DNA of 64,000 nucleotides from Candidatus Multivoradales bacterium (GTDB lineage Bacteria; Acidobacteriota; Thermoanaerobaculia; Multivoradales; Multivoraceae), in the NCBI GenBank assembly GCA_965223325.1, contig CBDCWI010000002.1:1312001-1376000 (forward strand), read 5' to 3'. Shown here piece by piece: positions 9,696 through 20,358 of the stretch (its first letter is position 1; each line of letters opens with the position of its first letter). The notes below the pieces were generated by a model. The model was not told the origin of the DNA and made no database searches. It saw nothing but the letters and a program-made list of their open reading frames with translations. Made by a program: the position numbers and the translations under genes.

Positions 9696-12600
9696 TCAGG
9701 AAAGAAGCATACGCAGATCGTCCGCGCTCAAGTCCTTCAGTCCTGTTCCTTTGCCTTCCAGGATTGCTTCTGCCAGCTGCTTCTTGGTGCCCTGCAGCTC
9801 GAGCATCTTCTCCTCGACGGTGTCTCGGGCAATCAGCTTGTAGGCGAAGACCGGTTGGGTCTGGCCAATGCGATGGGCGCGATCGATTGCCTGGGCTTCG
9901 ACGGCCGGGTTCCACCACGGGTCGAGCAAGAAGACGTAGCTGGCCGCGGTCAGGTTGAGGCCTACTCCGCCGGCTTTGAGACTGATCAGGAAAAGGTTCG
10001 TGTCAGGGTCGTTCTGGAACCGATCGACGACCGCGGCGCGGTCGCGCGTCGAGCCGTCGAGATAGGCGTAGGTGATCTCGCGCTCGTCGAGGTTCTCGCG
10101 CACGAAACCGAGCAGCTTGGTGAACTGCGAGAACACCAGGACCTTGTGACCCTCGGAGAGGATCTCTTTGACCTGTTCGAGAAGGGTCTCGAGCTTGGCG
10201 CTGCCGGCTTCGCTCCAGCTTTCGTCGACCAGGCCGGGGTGGCAGGCGATCTGACGAAGCCGCAGGAGTGCCTCCAGAACTTGCATCGTTGAACCGCCGA
10301 CGCCCTTCTTCTCGACCTGGTCGAGCAGGCTCTCGGCGTAGGTGACTCGCAGCTGATCGTAGAGCTTCTGTTGCTCGTCGGTCATGGTGCACAGCAGAAC
10401 CTGTTCAGTCTTCTCGGGCAGGTCGGGCAGGACTTCCTGTTTCGTGCGCCTGAGAATGAAGGGGCGTAAGCCACGGGCGACCAGTTCGAGCTCCTTCTGA
10501 CTGGCGTCGCGGCCACCGAGCAGAACCTCGAGTGCCGGCATGCGACCGAGCAGGCCGGGGTTGAGAAACTCGAAGATCGAACCGAGCTCACCGAGGTGGT
10601 TCTCGATCGGCGTACCGGTCAAGGCGAGACGGTGCTCTGCCTGCAGCAGACGGGCAGCCTTGGCGGTTTGCGACTCGGGGTTCTTGATCGCCTGCGCCTC
10701 GTCGAGGATGACGGTGTCGAACTCGACGGTGGCCAGGTGCCCGATGTCGCGGCGCAACGTGCCGTAGGTCGTCACGACGAGATCGAAGTCGGCCAGACGA
10801 TCGCGCAAGCCTTCGCGTGCCGCGCCCAGGTACTCCACCGTTTCGAGGGTTGGCGTGAACCTCTTGGCTTCGTCGATCCAGTTGTAGATCAAGCTGCGGG
10901 GAGCGACGACAAGAATCGGCAGGCCGGTCGTGCGGCTCTTGGTGCGGTACTTCTTGATCAGTGCCAGAGCCTGGACGGTCTTGCCGAGGCCCATGTCATC
11001 AGCCAACACGCCGCCGAGGCTGTACTCGCGCAAGAACTCGAGCCAGCCGAGCCCCATCTCCTGGTAACCGCGCAGCTTGCCCTTGAATCCGCGCGGAGCC
11101 TTCTGCGGATCGATGGCCTCGAACGAGCGGATCTTCTCGCGCAGGGCGGCAAAGGCAGAGTCGACGTCGACCGCCGGCTGCGCCACCAACAGAGCGTCGA
11201 CGAGGCCGGCCTGCGAGGGATGGAAACGCAGGCCGTCTTCGGAGGAGCTCTGGGCGAGCTGTGCCAGCGAATCGTAGGCGTCGACCATGTCGCTAGTGAG
11301 CAGGCCCTCGGAACCGTCCTCGAGGGTGATCGTGCGTTCACCGCGTGAGATCGCCTCCAGGATGCGAGCGAACTCGACTCGGTCGCCGGCAAAGTCGACT
11401 TCGCCGCTGAGCTCGAACCAGTCGAGCCCGCTTTCGACCCGCAACTTGGGCGGGCTCGCCGAGCGATAGGACGTACCGCGCACTTCGACTTCCCAGCCGG
11501 CGGCGAGCAGCGGTTCGGCAACCGTCGCCAGCTCCTCCGGCGGCAGCTCGAGAACGTCTGGATGAGCCGAGGGCTTTAAACCCAGCTCGAGAAGCTGCAC
11601 CAGGTACTCGCGCTCGGCCTCCATCTCGCGACGGATGAAGCGTTTCTTCTCGAAGTCGATCACCGCCGGGCGGGCGTCGCCGGCTGAGACCTCGAGAACG
11701 CCGTAGGCGAACGAAAGGTCGGCCAGCAACTGCGGGTTCATGAACTCGGGAGCATCTTCTGGTTCGAGGACCAGGCGGGGCTGAACGACCGCCTCTTCGC
11801 GCGCCAGCTGGAAGTCTTCCGGCGCCTCGAGGCGAGGCAGCCCCGGCATTTCGAGCAACGTGGTCACCGCCTCCTCCATGTCCCCTTCGGGGAAGACGAT
11901 CTCGTCCTTGCCGGTGAGGAGGTCGATCCATGGGCCATCGCCTGCCGACTTGACCTCGAAGTGACCGATCTCGTCGCCCACAACGACCAGCGCGCGACCC
12001 GAGTCAGCAAGCGTCGCACCGGGGCCGTCGTCGGAGGGTTCGGGGAGCAGCAGCTGCACCTTCGACAACGGAACTTCCTGCTCCTCGCGCTCGAGAATGC
12101 CGCGCAGGCGCATGCGGCCAGCTGCTGCGAACTCGAGATGGAGCGCTAGCGTCCAGGGATCGCCGGTCGCATAGCGAAGCGTTTTGGGATCGCCCAGCCG
12201 CCGCCCATCCCAGAGCCTGAGAGCGTCACGCTGCGCGAGATCCGGGAGTACCGAGTCCCAGAGGCTCGGCGGCAGCTGAATTCGCGGAAAGCCACCCGAG
12301 CGCGCCGCTGCACGCTTCTTCTTGCGATTACCCCGCGCACGCCGCTGGTTCCCCTTGCCGCCCTTGGGTGCATCAGGTGACACCGCCGCAACCACCGTCA
12401 TCGCCGTCTCGTCCGCGCTGTTACCGGACTCGCCGCCAGAGAGGAGCTCTTCGATTTCGGCGAGCTCGAGGTCCTGGCGCCGCAGTTTGCCGGGCTTACC
12501 CGACTGGGTCGGTTTGCGACCGAAGATGTCGAGTGTCAACTGGCCGCCGGCGGCACTGGCCGTTGTGTTCAGGAGCAGATAGATGCTGACGTCAGACTGG

Positions 12601-13361
12601 AGGACGTTGGCCTGCCCGTTCTTGGCCGCCGTCTGCGCCTGGGCCTGAGCATCGAGCAGCTTCTCGGTGTCTTCGCTGATCGACAAGAGCTGTCGACGCC
12701 ATGAAGGACCGCCCGCCGGCCGTTGGCGCCGGTCGTCTGACTTGCGAGAACGACGCTTGCGGCTGCGCGTGCTCTTGGTGTGGGTCGAAACTGCAGCGAG
12801 CTCCGGCCAACGCGAAACACGATCTTTTCTGAGACCAATGCGGCTCTTGCCGGGCGGCTGCGCGATGACCGCGGTCGCGGCACCGTTGGCCTTCTTGCCC
12901 TTCTTGTCTCGGCTCTGACCACGGCGGCCTTCTGGCCCTCCCATGCCCTCGTCACTCTCCGGAAGAGCGGCGCCATTTGCGTTTCTTGACCCGAGACCGC
13001 CGAGGTCGAGCAACGTCGCCCAGATGTGCTTGCACGGCGTCCCGCCGGCGAACCGCTCGCATTCACAGAACACGTGCAAGCGGCGCTCTTCCGCTACCCG
13101 CGACCAGTCGATTCCAACCCCGTAGGTGCTCTTGTTCGAGCCCTTGACCTGCGCCAGAGCGCGATCTCCTATGACTTCGAGAAGCACGCGACCCTGCTTC
13201 TGGTAGCTCTCGCCACGCTTGCGGTCGCCAGGTTGAAAGTGCGACGTACTGCGCTGATGCAGCGGAGCCGAGTCGGATCGCTTGCCGCCACGGCGTTGGC
13301 GTGGTCGACCACGACGTCGACGGGGACGACTCGGGCGTTCCTGGGTCTCTTCTTCGGCCAT
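9696..13361 (-). CDS. SWIM zinc-finger SNF2/Swi2-family helicase
   Basis: CEC...CKH SWIM motif; LADDMGLGKT, ILDEAQAIKN, LTGTPIEN, LVFSQF, ISLKAGGVGLNL, QAIDRAHRIGQ. Confidence 0.96.
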   Translation of the reverse strand: MAEEETQERPSRPRRRRGRPRQRRGGKRSDSAPLHQRSTSHFQPGDRKRGESYQKQGRVLLEVIGDRALAQVKGSNKSTYGVGIDWSRVAEERRLHVFCECERFAGGTPCKHIWATLLDLGGLGSRNANGAALPESDEGMGGPEGRRGQSRDKKGKKANGAATAVIAQPPGKSRIGLRKDRVSRWPELAAVSTHTKSTRSRKRRSRKSDDRRQRPAGGPSWRRQLLSISEDTEKLLDAQAQAQTAAKNGQANVLQSDVSIYLLLNTTASAAGGQLTLDIFGRKPTQSGKPGKLRRQDLELAEIEELLSGGESGNSADETAMTVVAAVSPDAPKGGKGNQRRARGNRKKKRAAARSGGFPRIQLPPSLWDSVLPDLAQRDALRLWDGRRLGDPKTLRYATGDPWTLALHLEFAAAGRMRLRGILEREEQEVPLSKVQLLLPEPSDDGPGATLADSGRALVVVGDEIGHFEVKSAGDGPWIDLLTGKDEIVFPEGDMEEAVTTLLEMPGLPRLEAPEDFQLAREEAVVQPRLVLEPEDAPEFMNPQLLADLSFAYGVLEVSAGDARPAVIDFEKKRFIRREMEAEREYLVQLLELGLKPSAHPDVLELPPEELATVAEPLLAAGWEVEVRGTSYRSASPPKLRVESGLDWFELSGEVDFAGDRVEFARILEAISRGERTITLEDGSEGLLTSDMVDAYDSLAQLAQSSSEDGLRFHPSQAGLVDALLVAQPAVDVDSAFAALREKIRSFEAIDPQKAPRGFKGKLRGYQEMGLGWLEFLREYSLGGVLADDMGLGKTVQALALIKKYRTKSRTTGLPILVVAPRSLIYNWIDEAKRFTPTLETVEYLGAAREGLRDRLADFDLVVTTYGTLRRDIGHLATVEFDTVILDEAQAIKNPESQTAKAARLLQAEHRLALTGTPIENHLGELGSIFEFLNPGLLGRMPALEVLLGGRDASQKELELVARGLRPFILRRTKQEVLPDLPEKTEQVLLCTMTDEQQKLYDQLRVTYAESLLDQVEKKGVGGSTMQVLEALLRLRQIACHPGLVDESWSEAGSAKLETLLEQVKEILSEGHKVLVFSQFTKLLGFVRENLDEREITYAYLDGSTRDRAAVVDRFQNDPDTNLFLISLKAGGVGLNLTAASYVFLLDPWWNPAVEAQAIDRAHRIGQTQPVFAYKLIARDTVEEKMLELQGTKKQLAEAILEGKGTGLKDLSADDLRMLLS

Positions 13362-13801
13362 ACGGAGTGGGCCTACCTTGTGAGGCTCGGTTGAGCAGTG
13401 ATGTCTATGCAGAGGTTTTCGAGAACCGGGCCATCACGAACGATGGCTGGCGTCGTACCGATCTTCCGGGCCTATGGAACGTTGGTTGAGGCCCGGGTGC
13501 TGCGAGTGGAAGCACTAAGAGCGCTGTACCGGCAGAAGCTGCACCGGGGAACACCGCCTCTGGCGGCTGCGCCCTTTTGTGGAGCGTCTCGGGCTTGTCT
13601 CTTGGCTCGGTCGCAATGAGGGACCCTCGCGTTGCTTCTTACGGCTCGGGAGGCGTCCTGCGAGAAAGATGCTACCACCTTTTGAGGGCCGTTGGCATTT
13701 TTTCGTGGCGATCCTTCTAGGACAACCCGCATGGTCCCATTCCTCGAGGCCAGGGACCCAAGCGCCACCCCCCACCCGGCCCCAGTCTCTAGACTGTCGA
13801 G

Positions 13802-14551
13802 ATGGACAAGCCACCGCTGGCCCACGATGCCTATGAACGCCTGGCGGATCGTTACGCCGAACACATCGACACCAAGCCCCACAACGCCTACTACGAGCGG
13901 CCCGCGCTCACCTCCCTCATCCCGCCCGTCGAGGGACGGCTGGTGCTCGACGCCGGTTGTGGAACCGGGGTGTACAGCGAGCTTCTCGCGGCAGGCGGGG
14001 CCACGGTCATCGCCCTCGACGCCAGCGAGCGCATGCTCGAACACGCTCGCCGGCGACTCGCGACCGCCATCGAAGCGGAAGCCGTAGCCCTTGCGCGAGC
14101 TGACCTCAACGAGCGCCTCGACATCGCTGACGCAACGGTTGATCTGGTCGTGGCCGCCCTTTGCGTCGACTACATCGAAGACTGGCACAGGTTGTTCGCC
14201 GAGTTTCGACGGGTCCTCCGGGAGGGCGGGCACCTCGTCTTCTCCACCGGACATCCGGCCTTCGAAGCAGAGTTCTTCGCCACCGATGACTACTTCTCAA
14301 TCGAGAAGGTGGAGTGCACCTGGAGCGGCTTTGGGATCGAGGTCGTCATGCCGAGCTACCGGCGCTCACTCGAAGCTACGCTGATGCCACTTCTCGAGAC
14401 CGGGTTCGAAATCGAGCGCCTGCTCGAACCACGTCCCACGGAAGACTTCCGGGCAGCCGACCCGAAGCGCTTCGAACGTCTCATGCATCGCCCGAGCTTC
14501 CTGTGTATCCGAGCCCGCGCAGGAAGACGTACGGCGGATCAGGAGATTTGA
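13802..14551 (+). CDS. Class I SAM-dependent methyltransferase
   Basis: VLDAGCGTG motif I; RVLREGGHLVFS. Confidence 0.92.
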   Translation: MDKPPLAHDAYERLADRYAEHIDTKPHNAYYERPALTSLIPPVEGRLVLDAGCGTGVYSELLAAGGATVIALDASERMLEHARRRLATAIEAEAVALARADLNERLDIADATVDLVVAALCVDYIEDWHRLFAEFRRVLREGGHLVFSTGHPAFEAEFFATDDYFSIEKVECTWSGFGIEVVMPSYRRSLEATLMPLLETGFEIERLLEPRPTEDFRAADPKRFERLMHRPSFLCIRARAGRRTADQEI

Positions 14552-14671
14552 CAGGGTGCCGGAGCTCGGGTTGAATGGACGCCCCACCCGTCCTGACCGA
14601 AAGCGACCTGGTGCACCCGCGCCCCAGCCGGCGAGGGAGTGGCGCAACCCGCAAGCAACAGGAGACCCACC

Positions 14672-15685
14672 ATGATCGACACCTACCGCATCTACGGCTC
14701 CGAAATGTCGCCGTACTCGGTCAAGGTGCGCTCGTACTTTCGCTACAAGAGCATTCCCCATCAGTGGATCCTGCGCGGCCCCCACAACCAGGACGAGTTC
14801 CAGAAGTACGCCCGCCTGCCGCTCGTCCCGCTGGTGGTGACGCCCGAAGACGAAGGCATCCAGGACTCGACCCCGATCATCGAGCGACTCGAAGAGCGGT
14901 TCGGTGAGCCTTCGATTCACCCCGCCGACCCGACCCTCGCCTTTCTGTCGGCGCTGCTCGAAGAGTTCGGCGACGAATGGGGCAACAAGTGGATGTTCCA
15001 CCTTCGCTGGGCGCGCGAAGTCGACCAGAAGAGCTCAGCGGGTCGCATTGCCGCTGGCATGGCACAAGGCACCGATGAGGCACAGCGCACTCAGATTGCC
15101 GAGCAGATCAGGGAGCGCATGGTGGGTCGCGTCTGGTTCGTAGGCTCGAGCCTGGCCACAGCGCCGCAGATCGAGGAAACCTTCGCCGACGCCATTGCAG
15201 CCCTCGAGCCACACTTCGAGACGCGGCCCTACCTTTTTGGTGACCGCCCTGCATTCGCCGATTTCGGCCTCTGGGCACAGCTCTACTGCGCCTGGACCGA
15301 CCCGACCGGCGGTGCGATGATCGAAGGCCGCGCACCGCAGACGCTGGCCTGGATCCAACGCATGCTGTGGCCAAAGGTGGAAGACAACGGGCCTTCCCAA
15401 GGCGCATTCGAAGACTGGCGAACGCTCGAGCCCACCCTCGCCCCCTTCATCTCGCGCTTCGTGAGCGGTCTGTTCCTCCCCTGGTCGGTCGCCAACGCGC
15501 AGGCTCTCGAGGCTGGTGACGCGCGTTTCACCGTCGAGCTCGAGGGCTCTCCGTTCACCCAGAAGCCGCAGAAGTACCACGCTCGCTCGTTGTCGGCGCT
15601 CTCTAGTCGCTACGAAGCGATCGCCGATAAGAGCACGCTCGAGCCCCTCCTCGATTCGCTCGGAGCCCTCGCGTACCTCGGCTGA
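14672..15685 (+). CDS. Glutathione S-transferase family protein (long type)
   Basis: SD AGGAG; YGSEMSPYSVKVRSYFRYK, QDSTPII, PYLFGDRPAFADFGL. Confidence 0.9.
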   Translation: MIDTYRIYGSEMSPYSVKVRSYFRYKSIPHQWILRGPHNQDEFQKYARLPLVPLVVTPEDEGIQDSTPIIERLEERFGEPSIHPADPTLAFLSALLEEFGDEWGNKWMFHLRWAREVDQKSSAGRIAAGMAQGTDEAQRTQIAEQIRERMVGRVWFVGSSLATAPQIEETFADAIAALEPHFETRPYLFGDRPAFADFGLWAQLYCAWTDPTGGAMIEGRAPQTLAWIQRMLWPKVEDNGPSQGAFEDWRTLEPTLAPFISRFVSGLFLPWSVANAQALEAGDARFTVELEGSPFTQKPQKYHARSLSALSSRYEAIADKSTLEPLLDSLGALAYLG

Positions 15686-15692
15686 GCGCAGC

Positions 15693-16115
15693 TCATGGAA
15701 CGGCGCAGTCGTCGAGCAGCGGAACGCCTTCGCTGATGATTCCGTCGCGGGCGTAGAAGCCGCTGGCACGCGGCACAATTCCGACCGAGAGTTGGGGCTC
15801 GCACCAGACGACCATGCGATCCGCACGCCCCCGTTGACCATCGGGGTCACCAGCCAACCCATCCCAGGCATCGGGCGAATAGAGCACGCAGGGTGCGGCG
15901 GTCTCCTGGCAGTCACGCTCGAGCCGCGCTACCAGCGCGCGGCTCGAAAGCGCCCGCATCACCCAGGTGCTGCTCTCACGCAGTGCACTGACCTCGCGCA
16001 TCTGCCGCGCCTTCTCGACTTCCGCCCTGGCCAGCAACCAGATCGCCGGCACCAGAGTAAACACCAGCACCGGCGTCAACCAACGGCGCCAGAACACACC
16101 TCGCGTTCTACTCAA
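15693..16115 (-). CDS. Hypothetical protein with an N-terminal membrane anchor and four Cys
   Basis: Fills the gap downstream of the TPR gene; TTG start after GAGG; single TM segment WLTPVLVFTLVPAIWLLA. Start is uncertain. Confidence 0.5.
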   Translation of the reverse strand: MSRTRGVFWRRWLTPVLVFTLVPAIWLLARAEVEKARQMREVSALRESSTWVMRALSSRALVARLERDCQETAAPCVLYSPDAWDGLAGDPDGQRGRADRMVVWCEPQLSVGIVPRASGFYARDGIISEGVPLLDDCAVP

Positions 16116-16155
16116 GCGGTTCCTCGACCTCTCGTGCCTCGCCCTTGCTCCTTGG

Positions 16156-17754
16156 CTACTGCGAAGCCCGCTCCATGCCGGCAAGCGACACGACGTTCTT
16201 GGGATAGATCGCGAGATCCTCCGCGAATCTCTTCGCGGCATCATCAGAGCGACCCGCAGCGAGCAGCGTCTCGCCCAGAATCTGCCGCACCGGAATCGGC
16301 CAGGGGGGTGGCTCGTCGTAAACCAGCGCGTCTTCGAACTCGACCGCCTTCTCGAGGTGACCAATGGCACTCTTCATGTCGCCGTCTGCCGCCGCCAGAC
16401 GGCCTGCGAGGACGCGGTGACCGATCTCAACGATGCGGCGTACTGAGTTGAGACCCCAGATCGAGGTCTCTTCGAGGGAGGTATCGGCAGCGATTCGAGA
16501 AACTGCGACCAGCTCCTCGCGCGCCGCCGCCTGCTCTCCGGTCGCCTGAAGCGCCAGGCCTCGCGCTGTGTGCCAGATGGCTCTCGGGAACGCCAACTCG
16601 GTTCCCGGATCCTTCTGGGCGAGGATCTCGTTCCAGCGCTCGAAGCGAATCTTCTCGAACAGATGCGCCGAATAGTAGAGCTGCAAGGCACCCGCTCCCG
16701 GATCGGCCATGCTGTCCTTGTCGACCTGATCTCGAATGTGTGCCATGGCCGGTGCCGAAAGCGACTGCTCACCCGAGAACATCGCCGCCACCGCCAGCAT
16801 GTGGTGGTTGTGCAACATGTAGGTGAAGTACTCGGGTGGCACCGGGTGTTTGGCGGCGTAGTTGTCATCGTCTTTGATGGCCCGCTGGTTGACGCGAATC
16901 GCGTCGTCGTAGCGCCCCAGCCGAATGTAGATGTGCGAGGCCATGTGAACGAGATGACCCGTCGCCTGCTCGCCATCGGCCAGTCGATCGGCCGCCGGTT
17001 CGCCGAGGTCGGGACGCACCTTTTCGACCGCGTGAATCAAGAGGTGGTTGGCGCCCGGGTGCGCCTCATCACGCTCGAGCACTGAGGTCAGAAGCTCCAG
17101 AAACTCGGTGGTCACAGGGCGGGGTTCACCGTCATCTGTCCAGTAGTCCCAGGCGGTGGTGTCCATCAACGACTCAGCGAACAGGGTCGCGATCGTGAGG
17201 TTGTCGGGGTAGGCACGGGCCACGCGTCGCATGGCGCGCGCGTAGGCCTGGTCGCGTGCGGAACGGTCTTCGAGCGGGGCGTCGCCATAGCGCGCCTCGA
17301 GAGCACCGATCAGGGCCTGTTCACGTTCGGTGGTCTTGGGTGCCCTCTCGACGGCTTTCGCCAGGGCGGTGCGCAGCGCATCGTGGTGGACGAGATCGAG
17401 GCGATCGTTGATGTTGGGGCCGAGCACCAGCGCCTTGCCCCACGCACACATCGCGCATTGCGGATCTTCGGTCAGTGCGCGATCGAAACTCCGAGCTGCT
17501 TCGATGTGGTTGAAGCCCCAGGCTTCGTACAAACCCGCTTCGAAGTGTTTCTGCGCCGCCGGCGCAGTAGTCGTGATCTCGAAGTCGATCTGGTGGTCGC
17601 CGTGGTCGTGACCGCCGTCCGCCCGCAGTGGCGGCAGCACACCGAGCGAAATGAGGGCCAGAACGATGAACTGAACAACGACGAAGAGAAAGGTCCTCAC
17701 CGGTGAACCGGTTGGGTGGACCGCGACCGGGCGTGGTGGTGTAGAGATTCGCAT
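16156..17754 (-). CDS. Secreted tetratricopeptide-repeat protein
   Basis: SD AAGGAGG; signal-like helix; AQKHFEAGL..AWGFNH, CAMCAWGKAL, HPGANHLLIH, GHLVHMASHIY, YDEPPPW. Confidence 0.88.
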   Translation of the reverse strand: MRISTPPRPVAVHPTGSPVRTFLFVVVQFIVLALISLGVLPPLRADGGHDHGDHQIDFEITTTAPAAQKHFEAGLYEAWGFNHIEAARSFDRALTEDPQCAMCAWGKALVLGPNINDRLDLVHHDALRTALAKAVERAPKTTEREQALIGALEARYGDAPLEDRSARDQAYARAMRRVARAYPDNLTIATLFAESLMDTTAWDYWTDDGEPRPVTTEFLELLTSVLERDEAHPGANHLLIHAVEKVRPDLGEPAADRLADGEQATGHLVHMASHIYIRLGRYDDAIRVNQRAIKDDDNYAAKHPVPPEYFTYMLHNHHMLAVAAMFSGEQSLSAPAMAHIRDQVDKDSMADPGAGALQLYYSAHLFEKIRFERWNEILAQKDPGTELAFPRAIWHTARGLALQATGEQAAAREELVAVSRIAADTSLEETSIWGLNSVRRIVEIGHRVLAGRLAAADGDMKSAIGHLEKAVEFEDALVYDEPPPWPIPVRQILGETLLAAGRSDDAAKRFAEDLAIYPKNVVSLAGMERASQ

Positions 17755-17953
17755 GGAATAGACCTCCTTGGAGACGAGCACTGAGGGGCTCATTGGGGGA
17801 CTGCCGGAATGCCCGCCGAGCGGCCCGGCATCGTGCACTCCTGGTAACGCACCCGGGAATCAGATCCCGCCACTCCGCTACAGTACAGGGCCCGCGCCGA
17901 GACCCGAGAACCGTATCGACCGGACGGCTCCCGCGCCGCCCGCAGGAGAACCC

Positions 17954-18433
17954 ATGCCCGAAGAGCTCTCTCCCAACAGCGAACGATGGTGGACGATCTA
18001 CCTCGCCGGCGAGATCCACAGCGACTGGCGCGAGGTGATCGAGCGCGGCACAACCGAGCTCGGTCTCCCGGTCCAGTTCACTGCCCCCAACACCAACCAC
18101 GCCGCCAGCGACGACTGCGGCGAGGCGATTCTCGGCAAGGAAGAGAGCGCCTTCTGGCGCGATCACAAGGGCGCCAAGCTCAACGCAATACGCACCCGAA
18201 CCCTGATCGGCGACGCCGATCTGGTGGTGGTGCGTTTCGGAGAGAAGTACAAACAGTGGAACGCCGCCTTTGACGCCGGCCTGGCAGTGGCCCAGGGCAT
18301 TCCGCTGGTCGTGCTGCACCCCGAAGAGCACACCCACGCTCTCAAGGAGATCGACGGTGCCGCCCTGGCGGTGGCGGGAGAACCGGAGCAGGTCGTCGCC
18401 ATCCTGCGCTACGTGATCCGGGGAGAACTCTAG
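17954..18433 (+). CDS. YtoQ-family protein
   Basis: IYLAGEIHSDWRE, WRDHKGAKLNAIRT, VVRFGEKYKQWNAAFDAG, HALKE. Confidence 0.9.
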   Translation: MPEELSPNSERWWTIYLAGEIHSDWREVIERGTTELGLPVQFTAPNTNHAASDDCGEAILGKEESAFWRDHKGAKLNAIRTRTLIGDADLVVVRFGEKYKQWNAAFDAGLAVAQGIPLVVLHPEEHTHALKEIDGAALAVAGEPEQVVAILRYVIRGEL

Positions 18434-18613
18434 TACCCCGTACCATTGAAACGCACAGCGTCTGCGCGGTCCTCGCGCTCGATCTCTGTGTTGTCACTCC
18501 TCGACAGATCACTGCATCGAGGCGACCGCCGATCCGATCGAGATTCGGCAACTCGTGGCGCAAGGCTCGAGGAACAAGCGCCAAACGATCAGTGGCCGGT
18601 AGGGCCAGATTCC

Positions 18614-20191
18614 CTAGCGGTGCATCATGCGGCGCCCGGCACCTACCGCCTCGGCCCAGGCTCCGGCGCCGTTCTCGAACCCATCCGAGAACAAGAGCCC
18701 ACATCGGCCGACTCCGATCTCGTCGGGGTGAAACGACTCCCACTCGCCGAGATGACGCTCGGCGTTGTTCCAGGCGAACAAGCGACGCCCGGGATCGACG
18801 TCGTAGACGTTGTTCGAGAAGCGGTTGTTCTTGCAGCAGAAGTACGAAGCGTCGCCGACGTCCTGCAGCATGGCCGATGCAAAGCCGTTGTTGGGCTGAC
18901 GTACGCAGTTGTTGTGCACGTTGAGGTCTGAGATCTCGTAGACACCCAGGGGACCCGAACCACGCGCCTGGGTCATGGCGGTAATGCCATCAGCGTTGTC
19001 GAGCACTTCGTTGTGATGGATCTCGACGCCGCGCGAGGACGACACCGCGATCCCTGCTCCCCAGCCCCAGTCGGGGTGCGCAAACCCGTTGCGCATGACG
19101 ACGTTGTGGTCGAACTCGGCGTTGTAGCTGATCTCGTGGTAGATGCCGGGACGGGTGTTGTCAGTGATCAGGTTGTGGTGAAAGTGCACGTTGACGTTCA
19201 CTTCGTCGGTCCACAGACCCGGACCGAAGTTGTGGTGCACGTAGTTGTAGGCCGCCTCGAGGCGCTCACTACCCGTGAACTTCGTGGCACCGCCCTCCCA
19301 GTCGACCTTGTAGCCCGCCAGGTTGTTGTAGGCGATCTCGTTGTTGAGGATGCGGATGTCGTTGCCGCGCCCGCCGATGCCCTTCTGGCCGTTGTGGTGG
19401 ACGTAGTTGCCATCGACCAGTGAGTTGTGGACTGCGCGGATGCCGGTGCCGTGGTTCAGTCGCACCTCGTTGTTGATGATCTTCCAGCGCAGGCCGAGCG
19501 AGTCATTGAAATCGTTGTTCTTCTGCGCGTCGATGGCACCCCACTGCGCGTGGTTCGAGTACTTCTCGACCACCAGATCGCGAATCTCGACGTCGTCAGC
19601 AGGACCGTAGAAGGCGCGCTGGGTGACCGAAGCCTCCACGACCCTCACCGAAGGATCGGTACCGATGTAGATGCGGTCGGCACCGTAGTCGAAGTAGAAG
19701 GAACTCGGACCGACCTGTGACAGCGACCCGACCTGCTCGAGCGTCACGTCGTCGATGAAAACGTCTTCCGGTCGATTGCACATCCCTCGCCCGGGGTCGC
19801 AGGTTCCGAAGCTACCCTGCTCCTGGGTCTGGCCGGTGGCGTACCAGACGTCTCCCTGGCGCGTCCAATGCGGCAGGTGGCGCGAACCGTTGATTACCGA
19901 AAGGCGTTCGCGATTCGGCCCCAGAGTGCCGCGGAACTTCTGACGGTTCTTCGGTTGAATCGAGTACAACCGGTAGGTCCCCGGCGCGAAGCGGAACGAC
20001 TCACCTTCCGGCGCCGCCTGGACGATCGCCTGGATGTCGTCGCCTGGGTGAACGACGATCTCAGAAGCAGCAGCGGTCGCAAGACCCAGGGCGCCGAGAC
20101 CAGAAAACAGGACCACAAGCCCCGGGCAGCGACCGCGAGGCGCTTTTCGTGTGAACGCAGAACGGGCGTTACCCCAGATTTCTCGAAGCAT
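18614..20191 (-). CDS. Secreted right-handed parallel beta-helix protein (paralog 2)
   Basis: SD AGGAG before ATG 20191; signal peptide ending ATAAAS; repeated NxxHHN-type turns; C-terminal LFSDGFENG. Confidence 0.88.
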   Translation of the reverse strand: MLREIWGNARSAFTRKAPRGRCPGLVVLFSGLGALGLATAAASEIVVHPGDDIQAIVQAAPEGESFRFAPGTYRLYSIQPKNRQKFRGTLGPNRERLSVINGSRHLPHWTRQGDVWYATGQTQEQGSFGTCDPGRGMCNRPEDVFIDDVTLEQVGSLSQVGPSSFYFDYGADRIYIGTDPSVRVVEASVTQRAFYGPADDVEIRDLVVEKYSNHAQWGAIDAQKNNDFNDSLGLRWKIINNEVRLNHGTGIRAVHNSLVDGNYVHHNGQKGIGGRGNDIRILNNEIAYNNLAGYKVDWEGGATKFTGSERLEAAYNYVHHNFGPGLWTDEVNVNVHFHHNLITDNTRPGIYHEISYNAEFDHNVVMRNGFAHPDWGWGAGIAVSSSRGVEIHHNEVLDNADGITAMTQARGSGPLGVYEISDLNVHNNCVRQPNNGFASAMLQDVGDASYFCCKNNRFSNNVYDVDPGRRLFAWNNAERHLGEWESFHPDEIGVGRCGLLFSDGFENGAGAWAEAVGAGRRMMHR

Positions 20192-20358
20192 CAGCAGACT
20201 CCTACAGGACCCGGAACCGGTCCCCACATCCCATGGAAACTTCAGGCGGCGAATAGAAAGCCCCTGAAACCAGAAAACATCGTCGCGCGATGAGCGACAA
20301 GTGTAACCTATCGCATCGAGACATGCACAAACCAATATTTCAACACGCTTTCGCCCCA

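Noticed and set aside
9134-9958. Several ORFs over the 9.1-9.7 kb gap
   Set aside because: They are Pro/Arg/Gly-rich translations of a palindrome and microsatellite, with no protein motifs.
9696-13361. SNF2 helicase as part of an anti-phage system
   Set aside because: It has the ordinary stand-alone SWIM-SNF2 architecture with no defence-type neighbours.
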